A stretch of DNA of 64,000 bases from Rebecca billardiae RCC1528 (lineage: Eukaryota > Protista > Haptophyta), in NCBI GenBank assembly GCA_965240325.2, contig OZ251228.1, positions 2,480,001 to 2,544,000 of the forward strand, written 5' to 3'. Position numbers and translations under genes: made by a program. This document shows, piece after piece, positions 21,201 through 32,993 of this stretch. The notes beneath the pieces were generated by a model. It did no database searches and was not told the DNA's origin. It saw only the letters and a program-made list of their open reading frames with translations. Numbering within the stretch: the stretch's first letter is position 1; each line of letters opens with the position of its first letter.

Positions 21201-21845
21201 ATGCGCGACTGGGAGGTATCGCTGTGTGCGTGCTGGGGAAGTCGGCCGTATGGCCTGCTGCCGTTCTGCGCGGCCTGCACGCCGTGTGTCCCGCTTGCTC
21301 GAGCCGGCGCGCGTGGCCGCGTCGCGTCGTACAAAGGGCTGGTTGTGGTCACCGGCATCATCATCGGGCTCATCTGGCTGCTCAGGCTGAGAGCGGCGAC
21401 CGTGACCACGCCGGCGCCAGCTGGGAAGCACTACGGGGCCTCGACCGGCAAGAAGCCGGCGCCAGCCGCGTCGGGTGCCACCTTCCCCCACGTCCCCGTC
21501 TTTGTGCTGTTCCCGCTGATCGCCGTGATCGTCCTCTACGTGCGGAGACGGCTGGTGCGCAAGTACCAGCTGGGCGAGCGCGCGTCCAAGACGCTGATCC
21601 TCGCGTGCTGCTGCATGCCGTGCTCGATCGCGCAGCAGGCAATGCACGTGGATCTGGTGGAGTACGGCGCCGTCCAAACCGACTGCTCGCTCAAGGAGGA
21701 ACACCCGCTGATGAGCGGCCGGTACACGTCGCAGTCAAAGGGCGCGCCTCCCGCTCCGGGCGACGACGCGGATGGGGAGGGCGCGGCGGTGTGGTCCGAG
21801 CCAAAAGAGAACGCGACGGAGATGGCCTCAACGGGCACCGCCTGA
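21201..21845 (+). CDS. PLAC8-family Cys-rich membrane protein
   Basis: W..SLCAC, CTPCV, RR.VR.KY.L and CCCMPCSIAQ. Confidence 0.8.
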   Translation: MRDWEVSLCACWGSRPYGLLPFCAACTPCVPLARAGARGRVASYKGLVVVTGIIIGLIWLLRLRAATVTTPAPAGKHYGASTGKKPAPAASGATFPHVPVFVLFPLIAVIVLYVRRRLVRKYQLGERASKTLILACCCMPCSIAQQAMHVDLVEYGAVQTDCSLKEEHPLMSGRYTSQSKGAPPAPGDDADGEGAAVWSEPKENATEMASTGTA

Positions 21846-22346
21846 GTTTGATGTGTGCCCGTGCACTTCCATCATCGTGATCATCATTGCGGTCGCGGCG
21901 ACCATGGATGCACTATGGATCCACTGATCCAGGGTCAGGGCGGGCTCGACAAGTGAACACTGTGGATGCAGGCCCCAGGCGGGGGCGGCCACCAGGGCCG
22001 CCGGCCTGGCGACGGCGTGCGATCGGCCGGCGCGGCACTGCAATCAGCCTGGCGGCCCGCCCGCCGCCGCCCGCGTCGGCGTGACCGCGTGAACGACGCC
22101 GCGGACGATGCCAGCATCGACATATCGTGTCTTAAATGCGGCTCCGTCATCATCATCATCAGTGATCGTCATGCAATGTCAATCATGTCACCAGTGATGT
22201 CAACGATACTAATGATCAATAGGGCTCCTGGTGCGCCATTAATCAATTTAAGTCAGTGTCACAGCGGTAGCTTATCGTCGGCGGCTGCTTATTTGAAATT
22301 GACGAATTAATCCCGCGGAGCATTTGTTTTTAGAGCCAGCCGCAGC

Positions 22347-23651
22347 ATGCCGGCCGCCCGCGTGATGACGATGCGGGCGTCACTCATGCTCGTCGCTCTG
22401 CTCGCCCTTTTGGGCTCGTCGTGCGCAGCTGCTACAACCGCGGCTCGGCTGCACCGCCCTTTCCGTGCCTTTTCCCGCGCGCGGACGAGCATGGTCAGCG
22501 AGGACGCCGCGGAGGCAATCCGCGCTGCCGCGGCGAGCGCAGATCGAGCGGAGCGCGTGCGTGAGGAGCACGGCCGCGAGGCTGCAGCTGCCGTCGCTCT
22601 GGTCAATCGCGCCGTGCGGCTCTGCCTGGACCTGTCCTCAGAGCTCGGGTCTGTCAGCGCGGACTCGCCGGGCGTCGAGCTGTCCGCGGACCAGACCACG
22701 GCCGGTGTCTCCATGGTCAAGCAGGGCGACTCGACGCCTGTCACGGCGGCTGACTTTGCCATCCAGGCACTCGTCTCCTCCGCCCTGGCGACGTGGTTCC
22801 CCAACGACGCGTTCATGGGCGAAGAGGACGCGTCCGCGCTCCGCGAGGACGCCGACCTGTGCGCGCTGACCCAGCGCCTGTGCGGCCTCGAGGAGACGGC
22901 TATGCTTGCCGCGATCGACCGGGGCGCGGCCGAGCCGCCTGCCGGGCAGCGCTACTGGGTGCTCGACCCGATCGACGGGACGAAGGGCTTCATGACGGGC
23001 GAGGGGTACATCGTCGGCCTCGCGCTGATCGACGGGAGCACACGCCTGCCGCTCGTCGCCGTGATGGGCAATCCGCCGCTTGAGAGCCAGGAGCAGCCAG
23101 CCATCCTGGCTGCGGTCGCGGGGCACGGGCTGCGTGCGTTCCGTGCGGGCAACTCTGGCCAGCCCGCGATGGCTGTGAACTACGAGGTGCGCTCGAACCA
23201 GTGGGCGCAGGCTGCGTATGACGACATGCCGGGTCCCGGGCGCACAGATGACGACGCCGACGAGGGGCAGGCCGAGCCCGAGGAGGGAGTCGCGTTCCCG
23301 CCGTGGCTGCTCTCGCGGCCGATGACCGAGGGGTCGCCCCTCCCCTTTGGCCCGCGCGCGGCACCCGCCAACGTGTGCTGCGGTGCGCTCGTCAAGTACT
23401 GGGCGGTGGCCATGGGCTCGCACTCTGGTTTCATCCAGTACGCCGAGAAGATCAAGTCGTGGGACCATGCCGCTGGAGTACTGTGCGTCATCGAGAGCGG
23501 CGGCTCTGTCACCGACGTGAAAGGCGAGCCAATTCGGTTCACGGGGCGCACGGCGGCGGTGGACGGCGCGGTGATCTGCTCGGCGCGCGAGTGCCAGCCC
23601 GAAGTGCAAGACCGTTTCATGCGGTCCGTGCGTGACGCCCGGCGGGGTTGA
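22347..23651 (+). CDS. 3'(2'),5'-bisphosphate nucleotidase / inositol monophosphatase family (SAL1/HAL2-like), with signal peptide plus putative plastid transit peptide
   Basis: TPVTAADFAIQ, GEED, WVLDPIDGTKGF and WDHAAG. Confidence 0.9.
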   Translation: MPAARVMTMRASLMLVALLALLGSSCAAATTAARLHRPFRAFSRARTSMVSEDAAEAIRAAAASADRAERVREEHGREAAAAVALVNRAVRLCLDLSSELGSVSADSPGVELSADQTTAGVSMVKQGDSTPVTAADFAIQALVSSALATWFPNDAFMGEEDASALREDADLCALTQRLCGLEETAMLAAIDRGAAEPPAGQRYWVLDPIDGTKGFMTGEGYIVGLALIDGSTRLPLVAVMGNPPLESQEQPAILAAVAGHGLRAFRAGNSGQPAMAVNYEVRSNQWAQAAYDDMPGPGRTDDDADEGQAEPEEGVAFPPWLLSRPMTEGSPLPFGPRAAPANVCCGALVKYWAVAMGSHSGFIQYAEKIKSWDHAAGVLCVIESGGSVTDVKGEPIRFTGRTAAVDGAVICSARECQPEVQDRFMRSVRDARRG

Positions 23652-24193
23652 GTGCCGCCCATCGCCAGCGCTGGTGTCTGCTCGTCACCGCGCCACCACT
23701 GCTCACCTACAGCCTGGTGATATGCTGAGTATGACGCTCCGACGACATCACGACGAGCCTGGTGGAATCTCGCCTGCCTGAGCTGTGTGCGTCTCTTATT
23801 CTTAGTAGTAAACTCCGTGGAATGGTGCCTACTGTAACCCCTCCAGAGTCTCCTTACTGCTTAGTCCTTCTCGGACTTTGAGAGCGCAACTTTGAGGCGG
23901 CGGCCTGTCAGACTTGAGAGTAATGATAGAAGTCCTACGGATGCCCGATTGACGGGCCGCACAGACACCGACGCATGGAGTGCGGACGTCTGACGAGCGA
24001 CTCGCCGACTGTCGAGCGACGCGGTGGACGGCAGATGCGCGGGATTCAGGTCCCGGATGTGCAATGCCAATGGGGAGTCGGCTACTCGGCTGGGCGGCCG
24101 GATGGCGGGACCGTGCTGGGCGCCGCGCAACGCGCGGGCCGGACCGGAAGGCAACGGCCGCAACGCCGGCGCCCTGGTAGTTCATTATATATA

Positions 24194-24759
24194 TTAACGA
24201 CGCTTGTCCGATGCTGCCACGTCGTTAAATATATTAACGACGTGGTATGCAACGGGCATTATATATATCGCCCGCGCGCGCATGGCGCACGTGCGCCCGG
24301 GGGCACGCGCCCGCGGGGGCGCTGCATACGACGACTACTTCGAGACGACGGCTGACGACGCGTGGCACCGCGACCACCGCGGTGGCGCGCGCGCGTCGAC
24401 GCCAGACGGTGCGTCGAGCTTCCGCTCGGCGATGGAGTGATGGGCGACTACGAGGGGGGGGGACGACGGCGAGGAGCGCTGATCCTGGTGTTTGTCTCTG
24501 CTGCTCGATCTGCTGCTACAGCTTCACTCACTGAGCTTGCTGACTCTGACGCCTGCCCGTTGCATACCACGTCGTTAATATGTATATATATAGCCCCAGG
24601 CCGAGGCGGTGCTCCATCCCGGTCCCGCTCCCGTAGGGGGGCAGGGCTGCGGGTGGCGCACTGTCTGACCTGGACGGAAGGCGCGGACGCATTCTATGTG
24701 TCTGTTGCACTCTGACTGACTCTGAGCCTGACGCTTGTCCGATGCTGCCACGTCGTTAA
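24194..24759. mobile_element. Cluster of TTAACGACG.../...CCACGTCGTTAA-ended element pieces within (TA)n
   Basis: 35-bp mini-unit 24194-24228; 25-bp TIR pair 24234-24258 and 24554-24578; right-end fragment 24593-24759 shared with 38396-38555. Confidence 0.7.
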
Positions 24760-25348
24760 ATATATATATGTGGGGTTATTGGTACAATAACTGATTGTCT
24801 AAGAGGACGACAAGAACGCCGGGCGCCAGCGCCGCTCATCAGCCACATCGCCCTCTACCAGACCATCGCCTCAAAGGGCGCTGCTCCCGGACAAACAGTC
24901 TGTCCGGGTTGTTCTTTGAAAGTTCTTTCTGCCGCCCAGGAGATCGGTTTCCGGCGCCGGCCTCTGCCGCCTGCTTCGCCAGGCGCGGCGTGCGAGATGG
25001 CTCCAGCCAAGCTCGTCCTGCGTCGCCGGCGGCGGCGGCTCGCACGCGGGTGGCGCGTCGCGTGCACCGACCAACATCTTTCGGCAACTCAGCGGTAAGC
25101 AACGCTCCGCATCGCGCCCCCTCGCGCTTCGGGCCACCGCCTCTTCTCTCTCTGTGTGCGTGCGCACCCTGTGGCTCTTCCGCACCCGCCCCGATCGCAC
25201 CGTTCCCTCTTCGCCACATGCCTCCTCCTCCGTGGGTGCGCCCCCACGCGGATCGCTGCTCCATCTCTCCCGCCCTGCCTCGGGATCGCCCCGGTGCCAA
25301 CGCCAGCCGGCTCCTACACTATATATATATATAATAATATAATAATGA

Positions 25349-25404
25349 TCGGCTACGCCGATCTTCGGGTAGTAAACAACGAAGTTGAGGGCGCACGGCC
25401 CTGG
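25349..25404 (+). mobile_element. 56-bp dispersed repeat with Helitron-like ends, copy 2
   Basis: Matches 12637-12692. Ends CTGG followed by T. Confidence 0.5.
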
Positions 25405-26709
25405 TAGTTGTCGCGTTCTTCACCGAATCACGATGCGCGCGCCCGGCACGTCGCCGTGCAGGAGGCGCGGCCGGCGCGGGCGCGAGTAATCGACGCGATC
25501 GACGGCCTCGCCCTCGGGGGGCTGCGCCGTGTCGAACTCAACGGCGCAGCAGCCGCAGCGCCTCCGCCCGGTGCGCTTCGGGCAGCCCTGCTGGGGCCGC
25601 GCGCAGCGCAGAGATCGCGCTCGGCAGCTCGCCCGTCTCAGCCTCGCACAGCCTCGCGCGCTCGGCGGGATCGGCGCAGCGTCGGATGAATGAGCTCGCA
25701 GCTCTGAGCTCGCAGCTCGTCGGCCGGTCGGCGGCGGGAAAGAGCGTCGCAAGCAGCCACGGCTCGAGCCTGTCTCCGACCTCCCGCAGCCGCAGCAGCC
25801 GCTCCTTGCACGCCCTCGGCGTCTTCCCCTCGAATGCGGGCACAATGAGCTCCCCACGGCACGTGACACCCTGGATTGCGACCTTTGTCTGTCAGCCTCG
25901 CCGCCGCGTCGATCGATGCAGTGCGAGGGCCGCTGTGCGCGTCGGCGCCGCCGCGGGTGCTGTCGGCCGACGGCCTGGAGCGCGAGGGCGACTGCGAGCA
26001 CGGGCGAGAGCGGCGTCGCCCGTAGCATATGCCACCTCGCCATCGTCGCGGACTCGCCGCTCGCAGATCTAAGCCCAGCCTCGTCGCGAGCAAAACAGAT
26101 GTCCGCGCTCGGCCTCGTGCTGCGAGGACTGGCGCCCAGCCTCGTCGCCCGCAGATCTGCGCGCGCTGCTTGCCGCGCCGTCATGCGCAGCCAGAGAGAG
26201 AGAGGCTCACGGTCAGCACTCCGCACGCGGAGCCATCACAGCGCGGCCATGGTCATGGACGGCGCGAGCGTGAGGGCTTGGGCGAGCGACTTCCTGCGAA
26301 CATGCCGAGAGTTCAGCTGCGCGGGCGTGCGGCGTGGCGCGCGCGGGCGCGCATGGTCAGCTGGAAATACAGCGAGAAACGCGCCTCGCTCCCACGCGCC
26401 ACGCGCTTTCGCACCCAGACCCGCCGCGCAGCTGCGCGCACCTGCGCTGAGTCTTGTCGGATTGAACGATCGTGCCTGCGTCACGCATTGTGGCCAGCTT
26501 TTGTATCGAAGCCGTGTGATGAGCAGTATTAATCAACGGGAGATAACTATCATAATCAGAAAGGATGCGGTTATGAATCGCGCGCGGGAACCAGTTTATC
26601 GTTCATATTCGTCAAGCTCTCCCGGGCGGACGCGCCGGTATTAAATGGGAGAGAATCAAGGGTCGTGCGTGAAGCGGTAGAAATTCTTATGCTCATGAGA
26701 TTTTAGGCT

Positions 26710-26770
26710 CGTCAATGCGGGTGGCAATCCATTCTTGCAATCCAAGAATGGATTGCCACCCGCATTGACG
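26710..26770. repeat. Perfect 28-bp stem, 5-nt loop hairpin
   Basis: CGTCAATGCGGGTGGCAATCCATTCTTG-CAATC-CAAGAATGGATTGCCACCCGCATTGACG. Confidence 0.95.
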
Positions 26771-27235
26771 TCGTATCAACAGATGACCAAAAGTATATCA
26801 ACAACAGTAGCTTGCTAACCGTATGATACCAGGGCGCGCGGGAAGGTCGATTCAAGCTACCCGCGCAATACCATATCGCGTCGCTTTGATGAATCTGAGG
26901 AGTGAACAGCTATCCAGAGAATTAGTTCGATATCTCACCTTTTTTATGGTCAGTTCAACACACGAATCTTGACTATCAGAAAGGTATTAGAGATGACTTC
27001 GTCCTATACCAGGTCGTTCCCCCTGCACTGGGAATCCGCGGTTTCGCACTATTCAGAGCGCGAGGCCGCGGCATAGCAACGCAGATTTAGTCTTCCGATT
27101 GCTCTATCAGACCACTTGAACGATCTAATCGAGCTTTCCAATTAAAAATGACGAAACCAGATCCATCCATTCGAGAAGCCAAATCCCGAGCGCGGCAAAG
27201 CCGTGGAACAGCAGTAATCAGCCTCGTCAGCGATA

Positions 27236-28311
27236 GAGGCCACTTCACCGAAATCCAGGTTGGGGAGGATCTCCGCTGCACTGGTGGGGAGGATGTCATC
27301 CTCCCCGCTCGCCACGGCTGGGGAGGATGTCCGCCGCGCTGTCCGGTCTTTCGCCGCTGACAAAACTTTCGAAAACGAAAGTCGCGCTATGGCGGACCCG
27401 GTGTTCCCGCCCGGCGGCGAAAGGGGCGCGGGGCCGGTGGCTCGCGATCCGAAGGGCAGTAGCACGCGACCTCGCTTGGGCGGTGGCAGCGGCGCTGTGG
27501 CACAGCGTGTACCATCCGCGCGGCTGTGCGCGATCGCGCGGTCCCGTTCGTCGCCACGCCGCGCGCGACCGTTCACGCCACAGTCTTTCCGCACTGGCAT
27601 GCACCCGTTGCAAGCGCATGACGGCGGAGAGCTCAGAGAGCCCGTCACGCGCGTGACGACCGTGTGGGATGGGTTGTACAGCTTGTCTTCATGTTCAGGG
27701 AGGCACGCGCCGGCCCATGAGGCGGGCATGCGGATCATGGACGGCTGCTGTACTGTCCACAACTCCATGGCCGTGTGGCAGGCGATGACTCATCTTTCAG
27801 CAGTTAGGAATGGTCTGAACGTTGGATGGGCTCATCAGAAAGCCTACGAAGGGCAGCCTTCATATCGGCACAACCCATCCCACACGGTCGTCACGCGCGT
27901 GACGGGCTCTCTGAGCTCTCCGCCGTCATGCGCTTGCAACGGGTGCATGCCAGTGCGGAAAGACTGTGGCGTGAACGGTCGCGCGCGGCGTGGCGACGAA
28001 CGGGACCGCGCGATCGCGCACAGCCGCGCGGATGGTACACGCCGTGCCACAGCGCCGCTGCCACCGCCCAAGCGAGGTCGCGAGCTACTGCCCTTCGGAT
28101 CGCGAGCCACCGGCCCCGCGCCCCTTTCGCCGCCGGGCGGGAACACCGGGTCCGCCATAGCGCGACTTTCGTTTTCGAAAGTTTTGTCAGCGGCGAAAGA
28201 CCGGACAGCGCGGCGGACATCCTCCCCAGCCGTGGCGAGCGGGGAGGATGACATCCTCCCCACCAGTGCAGCGGAGATCCTCCCCAACCTGGATTTCGGT
28301 GAAGTGGCCTC
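27236..28311. mobile_element. Foldback element: about 440-bp arms, 192-bp spacer, 5-bp TSD CGATA
   Basis: Arms 27236-27677 and 27870-28311 are near-perfect reverse complements. CGATA at 27231-27235 and 28312-28316. Confidence 0.85.
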
Positions 28312-28450
28312 CGATAGTCCGCTCACGAAATCGATGCTCTAGGAATGAGTTCTTCGCGTGCGACCGGAGGCGGGAGCCCTCGCGGGTGCGAGCACCGATT
28401 TCTGACCCGCCGGCCTGCGGCCGGGCGGCGGCGAGTGCGATGCGGGCCAG

Positions 28451-29313
28451 GGCGCTGCGGGCGCGGATGTGCTCGCGGAGCCGGCGTGCGTGGACGGGCT
28501 GTTGCGGGAGAGTATCTGCCGCCATCCTGCGCCGCGCGTCTTGCGCCAAGCCTCTTTCGCCTCGGCTCAGGGCAGCGCGCACGGCGCGCGCCGCCTCAAC
28601 TGGCCAGCGACTTGCCTGCGCCGCAGCCGACCGCGCGCGCGCCGTGCGCGGCGTGGTCGGGAAGGAACGGGCGCGGCTGCCGGGCGAGATGACGACATCA
28701 TGTGCGCACGCCATGCCGCCCCGCCACGCCTTGCCGAGCGTGTCGCCGGTCCGTTTGCACGCCTCTTCGAGTTGTCACAAATGGTGTGCGGCACGGCCTC
28801 GCGGTCGTGACCCTTGTCGGGACGATCATTGAGACACAGAACAGTCCCAGACGGGCAAGCGGGATACTCTTCCATGAATGTTCATCACCGCGTGGTCATG
28901 TAGAAGTGCTGGGTGCGACGCTTCCTCGCGCGGATGCACTTTCATCATCTTCTTCGAGCTCAGGTCTGGCTTCAGGCACGACTGAAGAAATCAGCACTCG
29001 TCAACAGCTGTGCGGATCCGTTATCGTGCCCTTTCGCGGCGCCGCGGGGCGGCATAGCGTGCGCACATGATGTCGTCATCTCGCCCGGCAGCACCCCTTG
29101 TTCCTTTCCGACCACGCCGCGCACGGCGCGCGCGCGGTTGGCTGCCGGCGCGGCTGTGCTGGCCTCGAGGCGGCGCGCGCGTGCGCGCTGCCCTGAGCCG
29201 CGGCGAAAAGAGGCGTGGCGCGAGACGCGCGGCACAGGAGGGCGCCAGATACTCTCCCGCGACAGCCTGTCCACGCAAGCCGGCTCCGCGAGCACATCCG
29301 CGCCCGCAGCGCC
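28451..29313. repeat. Older imperfect inverted repeat (about 270-bp arms)
   Basis: 28451-28724 versus 29044-29313, for example GGGCGAGATGACGACATCATGTGCGCACG and its reverse complement. Confidence 0.8.
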
Positions 29314-29620
29314 GTGCCCCGGGCGCGCCCCGCCAACGGCGCTCGGCCGCCTTCGCCGCTGCCGCCTGCCGCCGAGGGCAAAAGGTCAAGATTTGGTCGG
29401 CCCTCGCCTGCCGAGCCGCCACCGGGGGCTCCCTGCCCTCTATCTCGTTGCGGCTCAATTTTGGGATTGCGAGACCAGCTCATCGATTGACGCACATCCG
29501 CACCCGCGAGACCTGAAAATCTTATTCGCGGGTAGCGACGGGTGCGTCCTCCGGCTGTTTTTCTTGTATGTCCAAACCGCGGATTCCCAGTGCAGGGGGA
29601 ACGACCTGGTAGTTTGCTTC

Positions 29621-29842
29621 CGATTTCTTCTATTACTTACTATCCAAAGATTAAGGAGCAGTACAAACGCAATCATGAGCAGCGATATGGACTCAAATGC
29701 TGCGGTTTCACACCTAAATCCACCTACAAAAATCCCCCCAAATCCTGCGCGCATCCTCGATCTTTTTGATTTTGCGGAGCACGTGCGCCGCCCCCCCCGG
29801 CTTTCGCTCACGCTCAGACCTTTCGGGGGGGCCGTGCGCCAT
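29621..29842. mobile_element. About 220-bp dispersed element end, copy 2
   Basis: Matches 14991-15207. Confidence 0.75.
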
Positions 29843-30154
29843 AATGAGTAGTATATTCATTCAGGCGGCTGTCAAGGTTGTCCGTCCGAGGGGCAGCCTC
29901 GTGGCTGCCCTCGTCTGGCCCTGACAAGGGGGCCCCTGGCATCAGGCACCGCGGCATGCCAGTGATGCCTCTCGCGCATGTGGCAAAAGCCATACATGTA
30001 GGCATAATGGGACCAAGCCTGAGACGCCCTGACGAAGCCAAAGCCAGCCGCCCGCCGAGTCCAATCTGCCCAGCGGATCGTGTGCCGTCGATGCCGAACG
30101 ACGGCGGCAGGCAGTCCGCGCAGACGCGGGCCGCGTGCGCCGTGCGGGTGCGGA

Positions 30155-31097
30155 CTAGCCTCCCAAGCGCTGCCCACCACCCCAGTTGTAGCCTCCGAAC
30201 GCGCCACGGTTCTGCGTGGCTGCTGGCACGGGCACATCGTCGAGGAGCTCGCGCCTGCGCAGCGCAGTCGCCACGCCGGAGACGCGAGGGCGTCAGCACG
30301 CGGCCGCCGCGCAAGCGCAACTCCAGCAGTGCATCGCACCGTCGCCGCGAGGCGTGGCGCCGGCGCGCGCGGCGCCCCGCGCGGCACGCACAGGAACTGC
30401 GGCGCTCGCAGCGGGATGCCCTGCACATCGACGAGGAAGTAGTAGACATGACCAGCGAGGATGCCGAGGAGATTCGGGATGGGCGATCCGCCCATGAGCA
30501 CAGTGATCATCACCAGGACCCACGGGAAGTAGAACGCCTGCACGGTGAAGAGCCCGAAGATGGACAGCGGCTGCGTGGGCGAGATCCGCGCCCACAGGTA
30601 CACGATCGCGGAGAGCAGCGCGGGCGCAAGGAACGGGAAGCCGCCGAGGATGGCGGAGACGATGGTGAGGACCACCGCGCACGTGGCGAGGCACCAGACG
30701 TAGTCTGCCGAGCGCCCCTGGAAGCGCGCCTGCTCGAGACCCTGCGAGTATCTGATCAGGAAGAACATGTTGAACACAAACGGCATGCCAAAACCGCCGA
30801 AGAAGAGGAGGTTGGTGAGCAATCGCCAGAGCTCGAGCCCGCCGAAGACGCGATTCAGATCGAGGTAGATCAGCTCAACCGACACGATGCCGAGCTGTGT
30901 CGCCACGGTGGACAGGAGCGCGCCTGCGCATGCGTCCAGCCATCATCAATGTCGCGCAGGCGGCGACGTCAGTCAGCACACAGGAAGGAAAGGCGGGCTG
31001 CCTGATGATGGAGACGGCACGCAGATCGCAGCATACCTGAGAGGTAGTAACGCGTGACCACGGGGAGCGACTGGAACCAGTCCGCCGGGCTGCTCAT
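30155..31097 (-). CDS. DER1: Derlin (ERAD, DER1-like); 3 exons at about 31097-31037, 30923-30392 and 30254-30155
   Basis: WFQSLPVVTRYY, ELWRLLTNLLFFG, YFPWV, GILAGHVYYFL and C-terminal WGGGQRLGG. GT-AG introns inferred. Confidence 0.9.
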
Positions 31098-31216
31098 GGC
31101 GGACGAGCGGCAAGGGGCACGCCTTGCTGACGTCAGCCTTTTTTCATCCGAGTCGTCGCGTCGATCGAAAAAATAACGCGAGTTTATTATTCTTTTTCTC
31201 TGGACCACTCTGAACT

Positions 31217-32782
31217 TCATAGCGGAGAGGACCGCTGAGGGACCCTGGCGAGGCTTACGCCGGTCGCCAGTGAAAACCTCAGCCGCGCCGCGAGATCATA
31301 CGGAGCTGGCTGCGAGATCGCGCTTTCGAGGCGGCGGGCCGGCGGCGGGCGGGAGCGCGCGCCGGCGCTCTCGCGCGCGCTCGCTGCCCGCAGCGCGCGC
31401 GACAGGTCGTCGCGAGCGCGTGCACACCGGCGCTAGGGTAAATGTCACCTGCGCCCGCCGCTGGCTCGCGCCTGCGCGCTCTCCTCCGCCGGCTGCGGCC
31501 CTTGCGAGCGCTCGCTGTGTCCCGCGCCGGTTCCAAGGAGTCGCGGAAGCAAGGTTGCGCGGCCAGCGAAGTGCGGCGTTTGCGGCTTCGCGCGCGCGGG
31601 CGCGACGCAGCGAATGGCTCGCGTGAGCTGAACACCCAGTACCGCTCGCCGCGTGCGACACGTTCCGACCGTCTGCCCCGCGCTCGACGACGAGGAGCGC
31701 TGCTCGGACACCGTGCTTGGTAGACGGGTCGGCGCTCGGCAGCCGCGCGTCGTCGCGCAGAAGAGGCCGCGCGTGGCCGCCGCAGCTGCAGTGAAATGTG
31801 GCCTAGATCCAAATCGTGTCATGAGTTGCGGAAGAACGCGTGCCTCGCCTCAGCGGTCACTGTTGCCCGTGCATGGCGCGCGGCACGCAAGTTGTCTTCA
31901 GAAAGTGTCCCGAGATCACGTGCCGCCACCGATCGTAGCGGCGTGAGCCGTTGCGCGGAAGAGCTGCGCTCAAGAGCCTCGTGCATGTGTCCTCCGCGCG
32001 CTGCCAGAGCCACTCCATCGAGTGCTTTAAGTCGCCTACCGATGGAGTACGATTGGTTCTAAGTGCAAGGCCACTGCCAACAGCACAGCAGATGTGTGGC
32101 CTGGAGCTCATATCGAGTCGCTCGATCTTGAGTTCGGCGTGATCGCTGAGGCGAGGCACGCGTTCTTCCGCAACTCATGACACGATTTGGATCTAGGCCA
32201 CATTTCACTGCAGCTGCGGCGGCCACGCGCGGCCTCTTCTGCGCGACGACGCGCGGCTGCCGAGCGCCGACCCGTCTACCAAGCACGGTGTCCGAGCAGC
32301 GCTCCTCGTCGTCGAGCGCGGGGCAGACGGTCGGAACGTGTCGCACGCGGCGAGCGGTACTGGGTGTTCAGCTCACGCGAGCCATTCGCTGCGTCGCGCC
32401 CGCGCGCGCGAAGCCGCAAACGCCGCACTTCGCTGGCCGCGCAACCTTGCTTCCGCGACTCCTTGGAACCGGCGCGGGACACAGCGAGCGCTCGCAAGGG
32501 CCGCAGCCGGCGGAGGAGAGCGCGCAGGCGCGAGCCAGCGGCGGGCGCAGGTGACATTTACCCTAGCGCCGGTGTGCACGCGCTCGCGACGACCTGTCGC
32601 GCGCGCTGCGGGCAGCGAGCGCGCGCGAGAGCGCCGGCGCGCGCTCCCGCCCGCCGCCGGCCCGCCGCCTCGAAAGCGCGATCTCGCAGCCAGCTCCGTA
32701 TGATCTCGCGGCGCGGCTGAGGTTTTCACTGGCGACCGGCGTAAGCCTCGCCAGGGTCCCTCAGCGGTCCTCTCCGCTATGA
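31217..32782. mobile_element. Foldback element: about 640-bp near-identical arms, about 280-bp spacer, 4-bp TSD AACT
   Basis: Arms 31217-31860 and 32139-32782. AACT at 31213-31216 and 32783-32786. Confidence 0.88.
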
Positions 32783-32993
32783 AACTCTGTGCGCGGAGCA
32801 GCAGTGCTGATGTGCACATTGAACATGCGCACTGGCGGGTCCCGGTGGCGCGCGGTGGCGCCGCGCGCGTGCTACTCGCTAATATTGCAACTTCCGTCGC
32901 CGACGTCACATTCATACATCGCAGGATAAGTGCTGCGAAACTAGCCAGCTACGAGGATTGTCTGTCTCTCCTGACAACATCAGCAGCAGAATG

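Noticed and set aside
25408-26260. Possible spliced minus-strand gene
   Set aside because: Protein-like stretches are present, but no motif or consistent exon structure could be established.
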